Source: an uncultured archaeon
Lineage (GTDB): Archaea > Asgardarchaeota > Lokiarchaeia > Sigyniarchaeales > SOKP01
Assembly: GCA_964632315.1 (NCBI GenBank)
Contig: CAZWEM010000003.1
Span: 97,550-161,549, forward strand
Direction: 5' to 3'
DNA: 64,000 nt
Shown in pieces: positions 49,814-60,979 of the stretch. The position numbers were made by a program, and so were the translations under genes. The notes under the pieces are model-generated. The model saw only the letters and a program-made list of their open reading frames with translations. It was not told the origin of the DNA and searched no databases. Every line of letters begins with the position of its first letter. Within the stretch, counting starts at the first letter, position 1.

Positions 49814-50269
49814 ATGAATCTAAAGCAATTTAATTGGAAAGGGAGCATTATAAAAAGTATTGTATACAGATTAATTACTTTAGCGCTTGGAACAATTACC
49901 GCATATATTTTTCTTGGAAGCATCGCATTAGCTACTGGAACTGCTCTTTTTATAGAAGCAGTCCAAGGAGTAAATTATTTTGTTTTTGAATTAATATGGA
50001 GTACATTTGAGCGGAGAAGGTTAGAGAAAAAATTTGAAGAAAAATATAAAGAGAGGAAAGTAAATCTTGAAATTGAATTTTCCTCAATAAAAGAGATTGC
50101 TTATGATTTGTCAAACGTTGACACTTTTGTTCCCAAAATATACCTTTCTACACTTAATTTCTTTAATCACCTTCTAAAGAATGATGAATTAGAAGAAATA
50201 CATGATGAAATCCAAGGATATAAGGAACATTTCGTTCAAGTCCATTCAGCACGAAAAATGTTTTTTTAA
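49814..50269 (+). CDS. DUF2061-like membrane protein with C-terminal extension
   Basis: SIIKSIVYR...YFVFE.IW pattern. Confidence 0.6.
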   Translation: MNLKQFNWKGSIIKSIVYRLITLALGTITAYIFLGSIALATGTALFIEAVQGVNYFVFELIWSTFERRRLEKKFEEKYKERKVNLEIEFSSIKEIAYDLSNVDTFVPKIYLSTLNFFNHLLKNDELEEIHDEIQGYKEHFVQVHSARKMFF

Positions 50270-50351
50270 AATACATCATATTCCCGAAAAATTGATAAGC
50301 GATTAGACTTTTCTCGAGTTAAATTCATTACTTATTGAGTTTAAATATCAA

Positions 50352-51251
50352 ATGGAAGAATACGTCCAAATTCTTTCCGAAGATTATCCTAAAATACTAT
50401 TTATTAAGGGAGAGCGGAATGCTCGGTATCCTTATTCAAATTCTATGTTGATTGACAATTATCTTATTGATACTGGCGCATCAACCAAGCGATTAAGAAA
50501 AGTTAAAAAGTCATTTCCTATTCAGAATGTGATTTTAAGCCATTGGCATGAGGATCACATCCATGGGAATCGTATTTTTAAAAATGGCCTATTTTTTAGT
50601 CACATGAATGATAAACCGATAATTGAGGATATTTCCAAAATGATCCCATATTATAATGTAGAAAACGATCATATGGGAAGCGAACTAAGAAAACTTTTAG
50701 ATTATCTCAGATGCGAGAATACTAAGATTAACACATTGATAAATGATAATGAGATTATCAAAATAGATGAAAACCTAGAATTAAAGGTATTATTCACACC
50801 TGGACATACTGCTGGACATTGTGCGTTTATAGAGACCAATAGTAAAATTGGCTTTTTTGGAGATATTGATCTCTCAAAATTACCCTATTATGGGAACATT
50901 GATGCTAATTTAATGCAGTTTGAGAAATCTATCGATAAGTTAGCCTCAATTGATTTTGAAAGTGCTGTCACTGGTCATAAAGGTCCTTTCTTTGGAAAAA
51001 GCGATATAAAAGAAGAACTAAGAAGATATAAAGATATCCTAATGAAAAGAGATGCAGAAATATTAACATACTTTAAAGAAAAGAAACAAATATTCATAGA
51101 GGATCTAAAGAGAAAACATATTATTTATAAGAAATACATGTTTGAGGAGTTTGAAATTATAGCTGAGCTACTCATGATTCAAAAGCATATTGAAAAATTC
51201 CTTCAAAAAGGCATGATCGCAACAAAAGAAAAGGGATTTATCTTAAAATAA
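50352..51251 (+). CDS. metallo-beta-lactamase-fold hydrolase
   Basis: LIDTG, SHWHEDHIHG, TPGHTAGH, GD, TGH. Confidence 0.9.
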   Translation: MEEYVQILSEDYPKILFIKGERNARYPYSNSMLIDNYLIDTGASTKRLRKVKKSFPIQNVILSHWHEDHIHGNRIFKNGLFFSHMNDKPIIEDISKMIPYYNVENDHMGSELRKLLDYLRCENTKINTLINDNEIIKIDENLELKVLFTPGHTAGHCAFIETNSKIGFFGDIDLSKLPYYGNIDANLMQFEKSIDKLASIDFESAVTGHKGPFFGKSDIKEELRRYKDILMKRDAEILTYFKEKKQIFIEDLKRKHIIYKKYMFEEFEIIAELLMIQKHIEKFLQKGMIATKEKGFILK

Positions 51252-51280
51252 AAAAGAAATAAAAATTATAGATTTTTAAC

Positions 51281-52741
51281 TCATTCTTCTTTTTCAGTTG
51301 CTAATCGTTCAATTTTGCTCGGGACTCCTTCCTCAATATCTACTGATTCGGGTACCTTTTTCATCAATGATTTATAATCTATTCCTTTTCTCTTGAGTTG
51401 AGATTTTCTAACTAGATATAGAATTGCACCCACAGCTGCGAATGGAAACACTACAAGAGAAATAATCAAACCTGCAGCATCTGCCAAGAGGAGTAACAAA
51501 AATACAAGTGAAGATATCGCACCAAGGATTCCCATTGTTTTTAGGCTCCCTGGAGATGGTTTAAACCCAGCATTTTCATGGAGATCGGGAAATTTTCTTC
51601 TAAAAGTTAGGGCAGCTATGCATAATGGAATTTGGATGATCAATACAACTACTGCAACTACTCCACTCATCAATGCTGCAGCATCGGTAATACCATAAAC
51701 TGGACCAAGTATTGGAATGAAGGTCACCAAAAAAATTAGTCCCACGATAAATAATAGTGTTAAAGCGGCTATAGGTGTTTTATGCTTTTTATGGAGTATT
51801 GATAACTTATTTGGAAATAAATGTTCCCTACTTATCATTAATATATCTCGAGAATAAGCCATATATGAGGGATGAATTGTTGAAGCAATAGCTACAGCTA
51901 TCAGAATTGCAATGAAAACAACAAAACCTTGAGGAAGCAATGCTCCAGTGAGGATCAATTGAATCACTGTTCCAACTGGAACATTCCATTGTTGAACTCC
52001 GGCAACCATTAAAGCTTGAATGGTGTATAGCACCGTGAGAGTTATAATACTTATCAGTAACGCTCTCGGAATGTTTTTTTTGGGATTTTTAACCTCACCA
52101 GCGACGTCTAAGATTAATGTAAATCCTATGTATGAGAAGAAGAAAATCAAAGCAGCGAAAAGAACAGGGCTGATGCCTAACGGAAATAAATCACTAAAAT
52201 TTGCAGGATTAAAAGCGGGAATCGCAGCGATAATGAAGATGATCATCACCATTATGTCCCCAAATATGGTGATGATTAACTCAATCAAACCAGATATTTG
52301 AATCTTGATCCAATTAAGGAAGTAAAATGCGACTAAAACAATAATCCCTACAATCATTACAAATAACATTTCAGATTCAGCAGGAATTAAAAATGCTTGC
52401 GCCAAGAAGACTCCTAAAGTTGCTGCCAAGTAGGCTAAGGTAGATCCAACTGCTAATATTATCAACCAAACTGCCATAAAACCTCCAAATGCTCCAGTTA
52501 TCCTTGAAGTTATCACGTAAGATCCACCTGCGACTGGAAATGCTGATCCCAGATACGCAGAGATGTAAGCTACGAAAATTGCGGGTATAACGGCGATTAT
52601 GTAAGCAATAAACATGCCCGGCCCAGCCTGGGAAAGCCACGTCGCGGGGTTAACCCATATTGAGCTTCCGATGACCATACCGATAATTATAAAGATTGCC
52701 ATCGGTAGATTGAGTCCCCGTTTAAGTTCTTTATCTTCCAT
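51281..52741 (-). CDS. APC family amino acid permease
   Basis: G.VIGSSI, FP.AGGSY, FFSYIGF....AGEVKNPKKNIPRA; 12 TM. Confidence 0.9.
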   Translation of the reverse strand: MEDKELKRGLNLPMAIFIIIGMVIGSSIWVNPATWLSQAGPGMFIAYIIAVIPAIFVAYISAYLGSAFPVAGGSYVITSRITGAFGGFMAVWLIILAVGSTLAYLAATLGVFLAQAFLIPAESEMLFVMIVGIIVLVAFYFLNWIKIQISGLIELIITIFGDIMVMIIFIIAAIPAFNPANFSDLFPLGISPVLFAALIFFFSYIGFTLILDVAGEVKNPKKNIPRALLISIITLTVLYTIQALMVAGVQQWNVPVGTVIQLILTGALLPQGFVVFIAILIAVAIASTIHPSYMAYSRDILMISREHLFPNKLSILHKKHKTPIAALTLLFIVGLIFLVTFIPILGPVYGITDAAALMSGVVAVVVLIIQIPLCIAALTFRRKFPDLHENAGFKPSPGSLKTMGILGAISSLVFLLLLLADAAGLIISLVVFPFAAVGAILYLVRKSQLKRKGIDYKSLMKKVPESVDIEEGVPSKIERLATEKEE

Positions 52742-52953
52742 AGAAATTCACTTTTTTGTAATTTACCTAATTAAATTTTTGATTAGTTTTATTTTGTTTA
52801 ACTTTTATTTAAATTTTTAAGATCTAGAAAATGAAGTTCAGAGTGTTAATTATATTTGGATTTACATGGTGATGTTTACTTTATAAAAAAATAGTGTAAT
52901 TCACACTCACGAGAATTTATTATTTATAAAAAATAAAAGTAAATGACTATAAG

Positions 52954-53721
52954 ATGAATTATTTTGAAATTGTCGCTCATAGAGGTATTCCTATTAAAGT
53001 TCCAGAAAATACAATTGAAGCATTTACAAATGCTATTAAACACGGAGTTGATGCTGTTGAATTTGATGTGCGCTTAACTGCTGATCAAATACCAATTGTT
53101 TATCATTACTATTATCTCGAAGAGTTGACTAATTTTTCTGGTCCAGTATTTAATTTTACATATAAACAATTACGAGATGCGAAATTCATCGGGAATTATG
53201 AAAAAGACACAAAAAATTATAAAATTCCAAGTCTTGAGACCGTCTTAGAGGTAATTAGCAGTAAAATTGGATTAGAAATTGAGATCAAGGGACCAGAACC
53301 CGAATCTGCAGACATCATAGTTAATATATTGAAAAAATTTAAGCATCTGCATAACAATTTGGAAATAACATCCTACGAACCATTCTTACTAAGAAAGGTG
53401 AAGAAACAACTTCCTAATCTTAAAATTGATTTATTGTTTCCATTGTATGATAAATGGATGAAATCAGATGTTATTAGCTATTTAGCAATCCAACATGCCC
53501 GAATTGCTAAAGCAAATTCAATTCATTTGCACCCCATTCAGTTAAATCAAAAGATAATCCAAGAAATAAAGAAAAAAGGATATCAAGTCCATACCTGGGA
53601 TGTTAATGATGAGGAAACAATCAAGAAAGTCGTTGAATTAAAGATAAATAGAATTTGTACAGATAATTGTTTAACATTAATGGAATTTCGCCAGAAATAT
53701 TTAAAACATAATAATGTATGA
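52954..53721 (+). CDS. glycerophosphodiester phosphodiesterase
   Basis: AHRG...PENT, VEFDV, IEIK, WDVN, ICTD. Confidence 0.9.
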   Translation: MNYFEIVAHRGIPIKVPENTIEAFTNAIKHGVDAVEFDVRLTADQIPIVYHYYYLEELTNFSGPVFNFTYKQLRDAKFIGNYEKDTKNYKIPSLETVLEVISSKIGLEIEIKGPEPESADIIVNILKKFKHLHNNLEITSYEPFLLRKVKKQLPNLKIDLLFPLYDKWMKSDVISYLAIQHARIAKANSIHLHPIQLNQKIIQEIKKKGYQVHTWDVNDEETIKKVVELKINRICTDNCLTLMEFRQKYLKHNNV

Positions 53722-53788
53722 ATTAAGCAACTTAAGTATTAAATGAGTTAAAAATTGAGGCGTAGTTATAATCCATTTTGAAAAAAAA

Positions 53789-54985
53789 CTAGTATCTTTT
53801 ATTCTGTTTTTCAAGAGAATTCTTTTTTCTTTTAATTTTTTTCTTTAATTCAGTGAGGGCATCATTTACAGCATAATCATACACGGATGTATTATTTTCC
53901 CTTGCTCCCTTGATTACTTCAAGTGTCTTTTCAGATAATTTGGTTTTGATATAATCAAATATTTCATCTGCATTCTTGGCGACCTTATTAACCAAAATAG
54001 CCAAAACCTCACCTGCATTAGACACAAAATCTGGAAAGGCGAGGATTTTTCGCTCATTTAATACATCAGTGATACCACGCTCATAAGGAATATTTGCAGC
54101 GGGAACGATTGCAATTCCATTAATATTATCCACGTTGTCTTTATTGATAACATCAGGTCTAGCTCCTGGAATCAAATATTCAATGGGTACTTCGGTCGAT
54201 AATTCGAAAAATTTTTCTTTTGCCACTTTAATTAGGTTCTTACTTTCATAGTGGTAAATAAGTTCATCTCCATAATCTTTTTTTAATTTTAATAGTTGCT
54301 CAATATCAAGACCTTCTTCATCAAAGATTGCTCCATTAATGGTGGAAATGCCATTTAATTGAAAGCCATGTTCGTGTAAGCTCATTGCCAGCGCTGTTCC
54401 AACCTTCCCAAAGCCCTCCAGTAAAACTCTTGGTTTTTTAATATTAATGTGCTTGCCAGTTATACTTGATATGTTTTTTGAAATCATATCTAAGCAATAG
54501 ACTACGCCATAGCCCGTAAAAAGCTCTTCTACAGGAACCCCAGATTTAACCATTCCTATCTTATTTGGGGCTAAATTAGGTGCCCCAATAACTTTAAATA
54601 CTTTCAGTAAATCATCATCATCGGTTCCCATATCTGGTCCTGGATAATAAAGATCATTCTTGATATAAGGCTCAATTTGACTTGCAAAGCCAGTTAATAA
54701 TAGATTTTTTTGTTTCTCATCAACTGGATTTCCCCATATTCCAGCTTTCGCTCCTCCTAATTTTAATCGATACGTACAGAATTTTAATGACATAGCACGT
54801 CCTAGTCTTATCATTTCATCAACTGATATATCGGGAGCCAGTCTAACGCCACCAGCGGGAATTCCATAGACTGAATTATCAATCACTAATATCGATTTTA
54901 ATCCAATTGAAGGATTATTCATACAAATGATTTTTTCAGGTCCTATCTCATCTATAAGAGAATTATCTGTAATATTAAATTCCAT
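53789..54985 (-). CDS. Glu/Leu/Phe/Val dehydrogenase family protein
   Basis: GGVR, MSLK, GGAKAG, PGPDMGT, TGYGV, EGFGKVG, PDFVSNAG. Confidence 0.9.
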   Translation of the reverse strand: MEFNITDNSLIDEIGPEKIICMNNPSIGLKSILVIDNSVYGIPAGGVRLAPDISVDEMIRLGRAMSLKFCTYRLKLGGAKAGIWGNPVDEKQKNLLLTGFASQIEPYIKNDLYYPGPDMGTDDDDLLKVFKVIGAPNLAPNKIGMVKSGVPVEELFTGYGVVYCLDMISKNISSITGKHINIKKPRVLLEGFGKVGTALAMSLHEHGFQLNGISTINGAIFDEEGLDIEQLLKLKKDYGDELIYHYESKNLIKVAKEKFFELSTEVPIEYLIPGARPDVINKDNVDNINGIAIVPAANIPYERGITDVLNERKILAFPDFVSNAGEVLAILVNKVAKNADEIFDYIKTKLSEKTLEVIKGARENNTSVYDYAVNDALTELKKKIKRKKNSLEKQNKRY

Positions 54986-55133
54986 AAATCAACAACTCTT
55001 CTATCGAAATCTAATTTCTTGTTAATATTTGTAATTAATGAAGATTAAAGAAAAATTTCAATTTCTCTTTGATATTTTTGTAAAATATCTGAAATATTAT
55101 AAGCTTTTTTTATCATCCTAAATTTTCAAGAGT

Positions 55134-56423
55134 ATGGAAATTAGGAAGCCATCATTGTTCGAATTTTTTCCAAATTTAGAAGGAAAAGTCCCTTGGATAT
55201 CAATTCTTACTGGAGCCCCAACTAAAGTAGAACAGCTTACTGAATTAGAAAAAGCTCTTGAGTTAAGAAATGTGAAAGTTTACATTAAAAGAGATGACAA
55301 AGATCACCATATTTATGGAGGGAATAAGTTAAGGAAATTCGAATTCATTTTTGGAGAAATCATGAAGAAAAAGAAGAAAGGAGTTATAACATACGGGGGC
55401 ATTGGAACGAACCATGGAGTGGCTTGCGCGATTATCGCAAAAGAATTAGGATTGAAATGTGAACTCTTTTTATCATTACAACCCCTTACTTGGCATGTTC
55501 AGAGATCTTTATTACTATATGATCATTTTGGAGCAAAGTTGCATTTCACGAAGATGTTTGAACTTGGATTGCTTAAAGGCTTAATTTTCAGATTGTTTCA
55601 TCCTAAATATTATCTTATGAGTATAGGAGGGTCTCCCTTGCTTGGAATTGGATCACCTCTTGGTTCAATAGGATTTGTTAATGCTATTTTTGAACTTAAA
55701 AAGCAAATAGACCAAGGGATATTAGAAGAACCAGACATTATTTTTGTTGCAGCAGGATCCACAGGGACTGCGGCGGGATTAACAGCGGGATGTAAAATTG
55801 TTGGTCTAAAGACAAAAATTTACTTTGTCAACGTTTCCAGAGACATAGTTGTGAGCCCTAAAGTTCTCATTTCAACAGCAAATAAGGCGATCAAATATCT
55901 CAGAAAAAGAGATAAAACAATTCCAAATGTTTCTGTAACTGAAGAAGATTTCAAGATGATAAAAGGATATTTAGGGTCTGAATATGGCATAAAGACAATT
56001 AGAAGTCAGGACGCTGTCGATTTAATTGAAGAAGTAGAAGGAAAGCATCGCGGTTTTAAATTAGAGACGACTTACACTGGAAAAACCGTAGCAGCTATGA
56101 TTGATTATTTAAAATCGAAGGATGCTCAGCAAAAAGTAGTATTATTTTGGGATACCTATAATTCAAATGATTTAGACTCGTATTTACGGGAAACGGAATT
56201 TAATTACAGAAAATTACCTAAAAAGTTTCATACCTTTTATGAACAAGAAACATTTCAATGTTGGCAAATTGCAAATTGTCCAGAAGAAGTACGTAAAGAG
56301 TGCCCAGCATACTTAAATCACGAGTATCGATTTTGGAAAGTCACAGAGTGCAAGTTAGGTGAAACCGAAAAGGAAAAGGCAAAAAAGTATTTAAAGAACG
56401 TTATCAAATTAGAAGATGCATGA
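55134..56423 (+). CDS. D-cysteine desulfhydrase/ACC deaminase family PLP enzyme with Cys-rich C-terminal extension
   Basis: IKRDD...GGNKLRK, TNH, GSTGTAAG, LETTYTGK; tail CWQIANC...CPAY...FW...C. Confidence 0.85.
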   Translation: MEIRKPSLFEFFPNLEGKVPWISILTGAPTKVEQLTELEKALELRNVKVYIKRDDKDHHIYGGNKLRKFEFIFGEIMKKKKKGVITYGGIGTNHGVACAIIAKELGLKCELFLSLQPLTWHVQRSLLLYDHFGAKLHFTKMFELGLLKGLIFRLFHPKYYLMSIGGSPLLGIGSPLGSIGFVNAIFELKKQIDQGILEEPDIIFVAAGSTGTAAGLTAGCKIVGLKTKIYFVNVSRDIVVSPKVLISTANKAIKYLRKRDKTIPNVSVTEEDFKMIKGYLGSEYGIKTIRSQDAVDLIEEVEGKHRGFKLETTYTGKTVAAMIDYLKSKDAQQKVVLFWDTYNSNDLDSYLRETEFNYRKLPKKFHTFYEQETFQCWQIANCPEEVRKECPAYLNHEYRFWKVTECKLGETEKEKAKKYLKNVIKLEDA

Positions 56424-56440
56424 TCTGTAAGTAAAATATC

Positions 56441-57208
56441 ATGATCGAAGCAGAAATAAAATCTTGGTTGAATTCTTTTGTAACTGATTACCAAAACAGA
56501 AAAGATGTGGTGACTGAGTGGAAAGAACCGTTAATTGCATTCGCAGATGCGAATGATCCATTGTTTCTCAAGCTTAAGGAAGCGGTTAGTGAAACTCACT
56601 CACTTCCTAATGAATTATTGGAAAATGCGAGGACGGTAATAACGTATTTCATTCCTTTTGAAGAAAGAATTGCAATATCAAACCGAGATCTTGAAATTAG
56701 TTCGAAAGAATGGGCTCATGCATATGTAGAAACTAACAATTTAATCGCTGAAGTGAATATTTTCTTAAGTAAAATATTAAAATCAAGCGGTCATGAGACT
56801 AAAATTATGCCAGCAACCCATAATTTTAATGAAAAAGAGTTACTGAGTGATTGGTCACATAAACACGTAGCTTATATCGCTGGTTTAGGGGATTTTGGGC
56901 TCCACAAAATGTTAATCACAGAAAGGGGATGTTGTGGAAGGCTAGGAAGTCTTATAACATCAGCAAAGATTGAACCTACTACACGAACCAACAATGAATA
57001 TTGCTTGTATTTCCATAACCAATCATGCATGAAATGTGTTGAGAAATGCGTATTTGATGCGTTATCCATCGAAAATTTCGATCGGCATAAATGCTATAAT
57101 AAATGCTTGGAAAATGCCAAAATTTACGCTCATCTCGGTTTAGTAGATGTTTGTGGAAAATGCGTAAGTGTTGTTCCTTGTTCTTTTAGAAACCCCGTAC
57201 CTTCTTAA
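56441..57208 (+). CDS. QueG-like (epoxyqueuosine reductase family) 4Fe-4S protein
   Basis: WSHKHVAYIAGLG.FG, GRLGSLIT, C..C...C and CGKC....PC. Confidence 0.75.
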   Translation: MIEAEIKSWLNSFVTDYQNRKDVVTEWKEPLIAFADANDPLFLKLKEAVSETHSLPNELLENARTVITYFIPFEERIAISNRDLEISSKEWAHAYVETNNLIAEVNIFLSKILKSSGHETKIMPATHNFNEKELLSDWSHKHVAYIAGLGDFGLHKMLITERGCCGRLGSLITSAKIEPTTRTNNEYCLYFHNQSCMKCVEKCVFDALSIENFDRHKCYNKCLENAKIYAHLGLVDVCGKCVSVVPCSFRNPVPS

Positions 57209-57364
57209 ATTGATTTTAATAAATTATGGTCTATTTACTAATTTTTTAAACCTCTGAAGTATTTACATCAAGGTAAAATTTATAAATACTAGTATTTCTT
57301 ATATAAAATTGGGATGGACAAAAATGAAAAAAAATTTAAAGAGATAAATAACAGTTAATAGACT

Positions 57365-57665
57365 ATGAAGCAGCGAGAACATGATAAATTGTTTGGAATT
57401 TACCTAACTAAAAAAAGAGCATATTTTCTTCTTGTTCTTGGTATAACTAGTCTCGGTTTTTTTATACTATTGTATTATTACTCATTGAAGCTTCTGCTAG
57501 AAGCCAGAGATATATGTTTTTGATGCCTCAATTTATTATAAAATTTTGCTGATAGGATTTTCAAATATTATCCTCAGTTTTGTTTTTATGGGAATTTGTA
57601 GCTATGCTCTTCAAAAAGTCAGGCAATTTCTATTTAGAAAATCTCCCAAATCGAAAAATTGTTAA
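57365..57665 (+). pseudogene. interrupted small membrane-protein gene (frameshift or 22-nt insert at 57489-57510)
   Basis: ORF MKQREH...YYYSL stops at 57523, while a +1 frame continues IYVFDASIYYKILLIGFSNIILSFVFMGICSY...KNC* to 57665. Confidence 0.45.
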
Positions 57666-57733
57666 TTTACTTTTTATAGTTAAATAAACATACAAAATTA
57701 TAGTTTATTAATAAATGAAAATTTGAACTACTC

Positions 57734-59338
57734 CTACTTCTCACTGTAATTATCTATCAATTGATTTAGAAGAGTCGGACGATCAATCTTAGCTAGCCGA
57801 GTTAGTGGAAGCTCTTTTAAGAATATTACTTTCTTTGGAACTTTAAAATCAGCTAATTGAGTCTTGCATAATTCAATGATTTCATTTTCATCAACTTCTA
57901 CACTTGCTTCAGGTACTATTGCTAACCAAACTACCTCATTATAGATTTTATCAGGAAACCCTACGGCAGCAGACATTGCAACTTTAGGATGCTCATTGAC
58001 AACACTTTCAACTTCTGAAGGAACAACAGTATAACTACCTACCCGTATGATGAATTTTTTCCTCCCTTTTATATAAATTCGCCCATCCTTGGTCATATAA
58101 CCTAAATCTCCAGATCTGCACCACCCATCTTCAGTAAATGTTGCTTTATTTTCTTGGGGCATTTTATAATATTCTGGAATGGTTAATGACCCTTTGAACA
58201 ACATTTCTCCAATTTCCCCTGGGATTACTTCATTTTCATCCTCATCTACAATTTTTATCTCTTGCTCGGGTAATAAATGTCCGATATATCCATTTGCTAA
58301 TTCTTCTAAAGGATCTCCAATATCTGTGAAAGTAACTTCAGGACCAGATTCAGTGCTTCCATAAGCATTTAATATATTAGGACATATTTGATCGCGCATT
58401 CCCGTTAATAACTCCATGTTAACCTTCTCTCCACTTAAAATGGCTAATACTAGGGAGGATAGATCAAATGTATCCAAATCGGGAAGACTCAACATAATCG
58501 CATACATTGTTGGTACTCCTCCTATCAATTGTAACTTCCACTTTTTAATTGCTCTAAGGACATTATACGGATTCCATTGTTCTTGTAGAATTATCTCACA
58601 ACCTGCAGCAATGACAGTTCCCATAATTTCTACAGAGCCTCCTACGTGGCTGGGAGGAAAGTTATTTATCATTTTAAACCGTGGCTTTAATCCTAAAGGC
58701 GTACCTTTTTCATTAATATAGCTTGCTTCCAAATAACTAGCATGAGCAATGTTTTTATGAGTTAGCATTGCTGCTTTGGGCACTCCCGTTGTTCCACCGG
58801 TGTAGATGATTAAAGCACCATCGTTAGGGTTTAATTCATTTCTTCTCAGCTTTAATTCCTCAGAAAGACCATAATCTGTTTCTAATAAAGTTTCAAAAGG
58901 AGTACCAAACTCATCTTTTCCAATCATAAAATATTTAATCTCAAGGTTTATTTCTGGCTGGAGTTCTTGAATTGTCATTGCGATATCATATCCTCTCGCT
59001 TTTCCAATTAAAAAAATTAATTTTGGATTTATATGAGGAATAAAGCGCCGATAATCAGCAGGTCTGAAGCGTACATCCATGGGGACACAGATAGCACCAA
59101 TAGAGTTAGCTGCTAAATATATTAGCGGGTATTCTAAAATCATAGGAAGGATCGTGATGATTGTGTCTCCTTTTTTAACACCTAAACTTAAAAATGCTTC
59201 TGCTAAGTGATCAATCGTGTCTGCAAGTTCAGTAGCATTTAATTTTTTCCATTTGAATTTTAGAAAAGGGAATTCTGGATCAATTGACGCCCAATAATGA
59301 ATATATTGCCATAAATAATCTAATTTTGGTATTTCCAT
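57734..59338 (-). CDS. AMP-forming acyl-CoA synthetase
   Basis: YTGGTTGVPK, YGSTE, SGDLG, GRKK, FKVPK. Confidence 0.9.
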   Translation of the reverse strand: MEIPKLDYLWQYIHYWASIDPEFPFLKFKWKKLNATELADTIDHLAEAFLSLGVKKGDTIITILPMILEYPLIYLAANSIGAICVPMDVRFRPADYRRFIPHINPKLIFLIGKARGYDIAMTIQELQPEINLEIKYFMIGKDEFGTPFETLLETDYGLSEELKLRRNELNPNDGALIIYTGGTTGVPKAAMLTHKNIAHASYLEASYINEKGTPLGLKPRFKMINNFPPSHVGGSVEIMGTVIAAGCEIILQEQWNPYNVLRAIKKWKLQLIGGVPTMYAIMLSLPDLDTFDLSSLVLAILSGEKVNMELLTGMRDQICPNILNAYGSTESGPEVTFTDIGDPLEELANGYIGHLLPEQEIKIVDEDENEVIPGEIGEMLFKGSLTIPEYYKMPQENKATFTEDGWCRSGDLGYMTKDGRIYIKGRKKFIIRVGSYTVVPSEVESVVNEHPKVAMSAAVGFPDKIYNEVVWLAIVPEASVEVDENEIIELCKTQLADFKVPKKVIFLKELPLTRLAKIDRPTLLNQLIDNYSEK

Positions 59339-59345
59339 TTGTTTA

Positions 59346-60854
59346 TCACATTGGCTTAAAATTCATCAGAATGCTTTTTAAGACATTATATATAATTTCA
59401 ACGTCAGAAATCTTTAACTTTTCGCTTGGAGAATGACCATTAACTACTGTTGGAGATATCGCAACCATTTCTAATCGTGGTATCTTTTGTCTAATTGTTG
59501 CCGTTTCCAAACCACCATGCGTAGGCTCCATTTTTACGGGTTTTCCAAGAATTTTCTCGTATTCATTTTTAACAAAAGCTAAAAATGGAGAATCTAAATC
59601 AGGATTCCATTCAGCAAGTATTGGGCGGAAATTAATTTCCCACCCAACTAACGATGCTAACTGTTCCATTGAACGACAAAACACAAGCAATTCATTTCGT
59701 AAGATACTCCTAGGATACATCTCAATCCAAATCCGGTCTTTATGAATATCAATTATCCCTAAATTAGTTGAACTTTCGACAAAATTAGGGTGGAATGATG
59801 ATTGTTTTAGAACTCCATTCGGTATTAGGTTTATAAAATCAATGATGTTTCTGCTTTCATCTTTAGAAAAAAAATCTGTCAAATTAATTCGTGAAAGGGA
59901 TATATTCATTTTTGGTTCGAAGGGTTCGATTGTTTTAGTTCCTTTTTTATAATAATCATACAATTGCGAAATTTCTCTTTCAACTGTTTTGTTAAACTCC
60001 TCAATTTCCTGGGATTTAACGCCAAACTCTATCGTCGCTTTTCTCGGTATTGCATTCGTTTTTGTTCCACCTTTCCAACTTGAGATAAACAGATCAAAAT
60101 TTAAGCTTATATTCGAAAGGATTCGAGATATCAACTTATTAGCATTAGCACGAGGCAAATGAATATCCCCACCTGAATGACCTCCTTTCAATCCGCTTAT
60201 TTCTAATCTATATGCAGTTAGATCCTCGAATTTTAGCATTTTCATCTCCCTTGTAAACTGAATACGACGGCCTCCTACAGATCCTATGGTGATTTCTCCA
60301 AGATCTCCACTGTCCAAATTGATCATAAAGACACTGTTGATCCTAAGCTTTTCTACATCTAAACCAGTTGCTCCTGTAAATCCGTCTTCCTCATTAACAG
60401 TAAATAAGACTTCAAGCGGACCGTGAGCAATTTTACTATCTTCATCTACAAGGATGGCTAAAGCCAATGCCATACCTATTCCATCGTCAGCTCCAAGAGT
60501 TGTGCCATCAGCATCAACCCATTCATTATTTTCCTGAATATGTATTGGAATTCCTTGATTCAAAAAGTCAAATCCATTTTTCCTATCCGTTTCACAAACC
60601 ATATCCATGTGAGCTTGAAGCAATAAAGAGGGAACTGTTTCCATCCCAGGGGAAGCGGGTTTTTTTATCAAGACATTTCCTACATCATCTTGGGCAAATT
60701 TAAGATGAAGTGATTTTTGATTATCTTGTTGCTTGAGCCAAGCTTTTAATTTTTCACGAATTAGTTCCTCATGTTTTGAAGGTCGAGGAGTAGATGAAAT
60801 TACATTCTCAAATATGTGCCATACAATTTTGGGTTCTAAGTTTTCTAAAACCAT
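59346..60854 (-). CDS. pepD: aminoacyl-histidine dipeptidase (M20C)
   Basis: PRPSKHE, QAHMDMV, GTTLGADDG, NEE, GGHSG.DIH, HGGLE, HSP.E. Confidence 0.9.
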   Translation of the reverse strand: MVLENLEPKIVWHIFENVISSTPRPSKHEELIREKLKAWLKQQDNQKSLHLKFAQDDVGNVLIKKPASPGMETVPSLLLQAHMDMVCETDRKNGFDFLNQGIPIHIQENNEWVDADGTTLGADDGIGMALALAILVDEDSKIAHGPLEVLFTVNEEDGFTGATGLDVEKLRINSVFMINLDSGDLGEITIGSVGGRRIQFTREMKMLKFEDLTAYRLEISGLKGGHSGGDIHLPRANANKLISRILSNISLNFDLFISSWKGGTKTNAIPRKATIEFGVKSQEIEEFNKTVEREISQLYDYYKKGTKTIEPFEPKMNISLSRINLTDFFSKDESRNIIDFINLIPNGVLKQSSFHPNFVESSTNLGIIDIHKDRIWIEMYPRSILRNELLVFCRSMEQLASLVGWEINFRPILAEWNPDLDSPFLAFVKNEYEKILGKPVKMEPTHGGLETATIRQKIPRLEMVAISPTVVNGHSPSEKLKISDVEIIYNVLKSILMNFKPM

Positions 60855-60979
60855 ATTCTATTATAGAATAGAGTTTTATTTGAAACTTTGCAATTAAGCA
60901 AATTCAACCCGATTTTTAATTAAGAATATTTTAATTTTTAACTTAATTCTTCTTTTTATTGAAAATTTTAAGATTTTAG

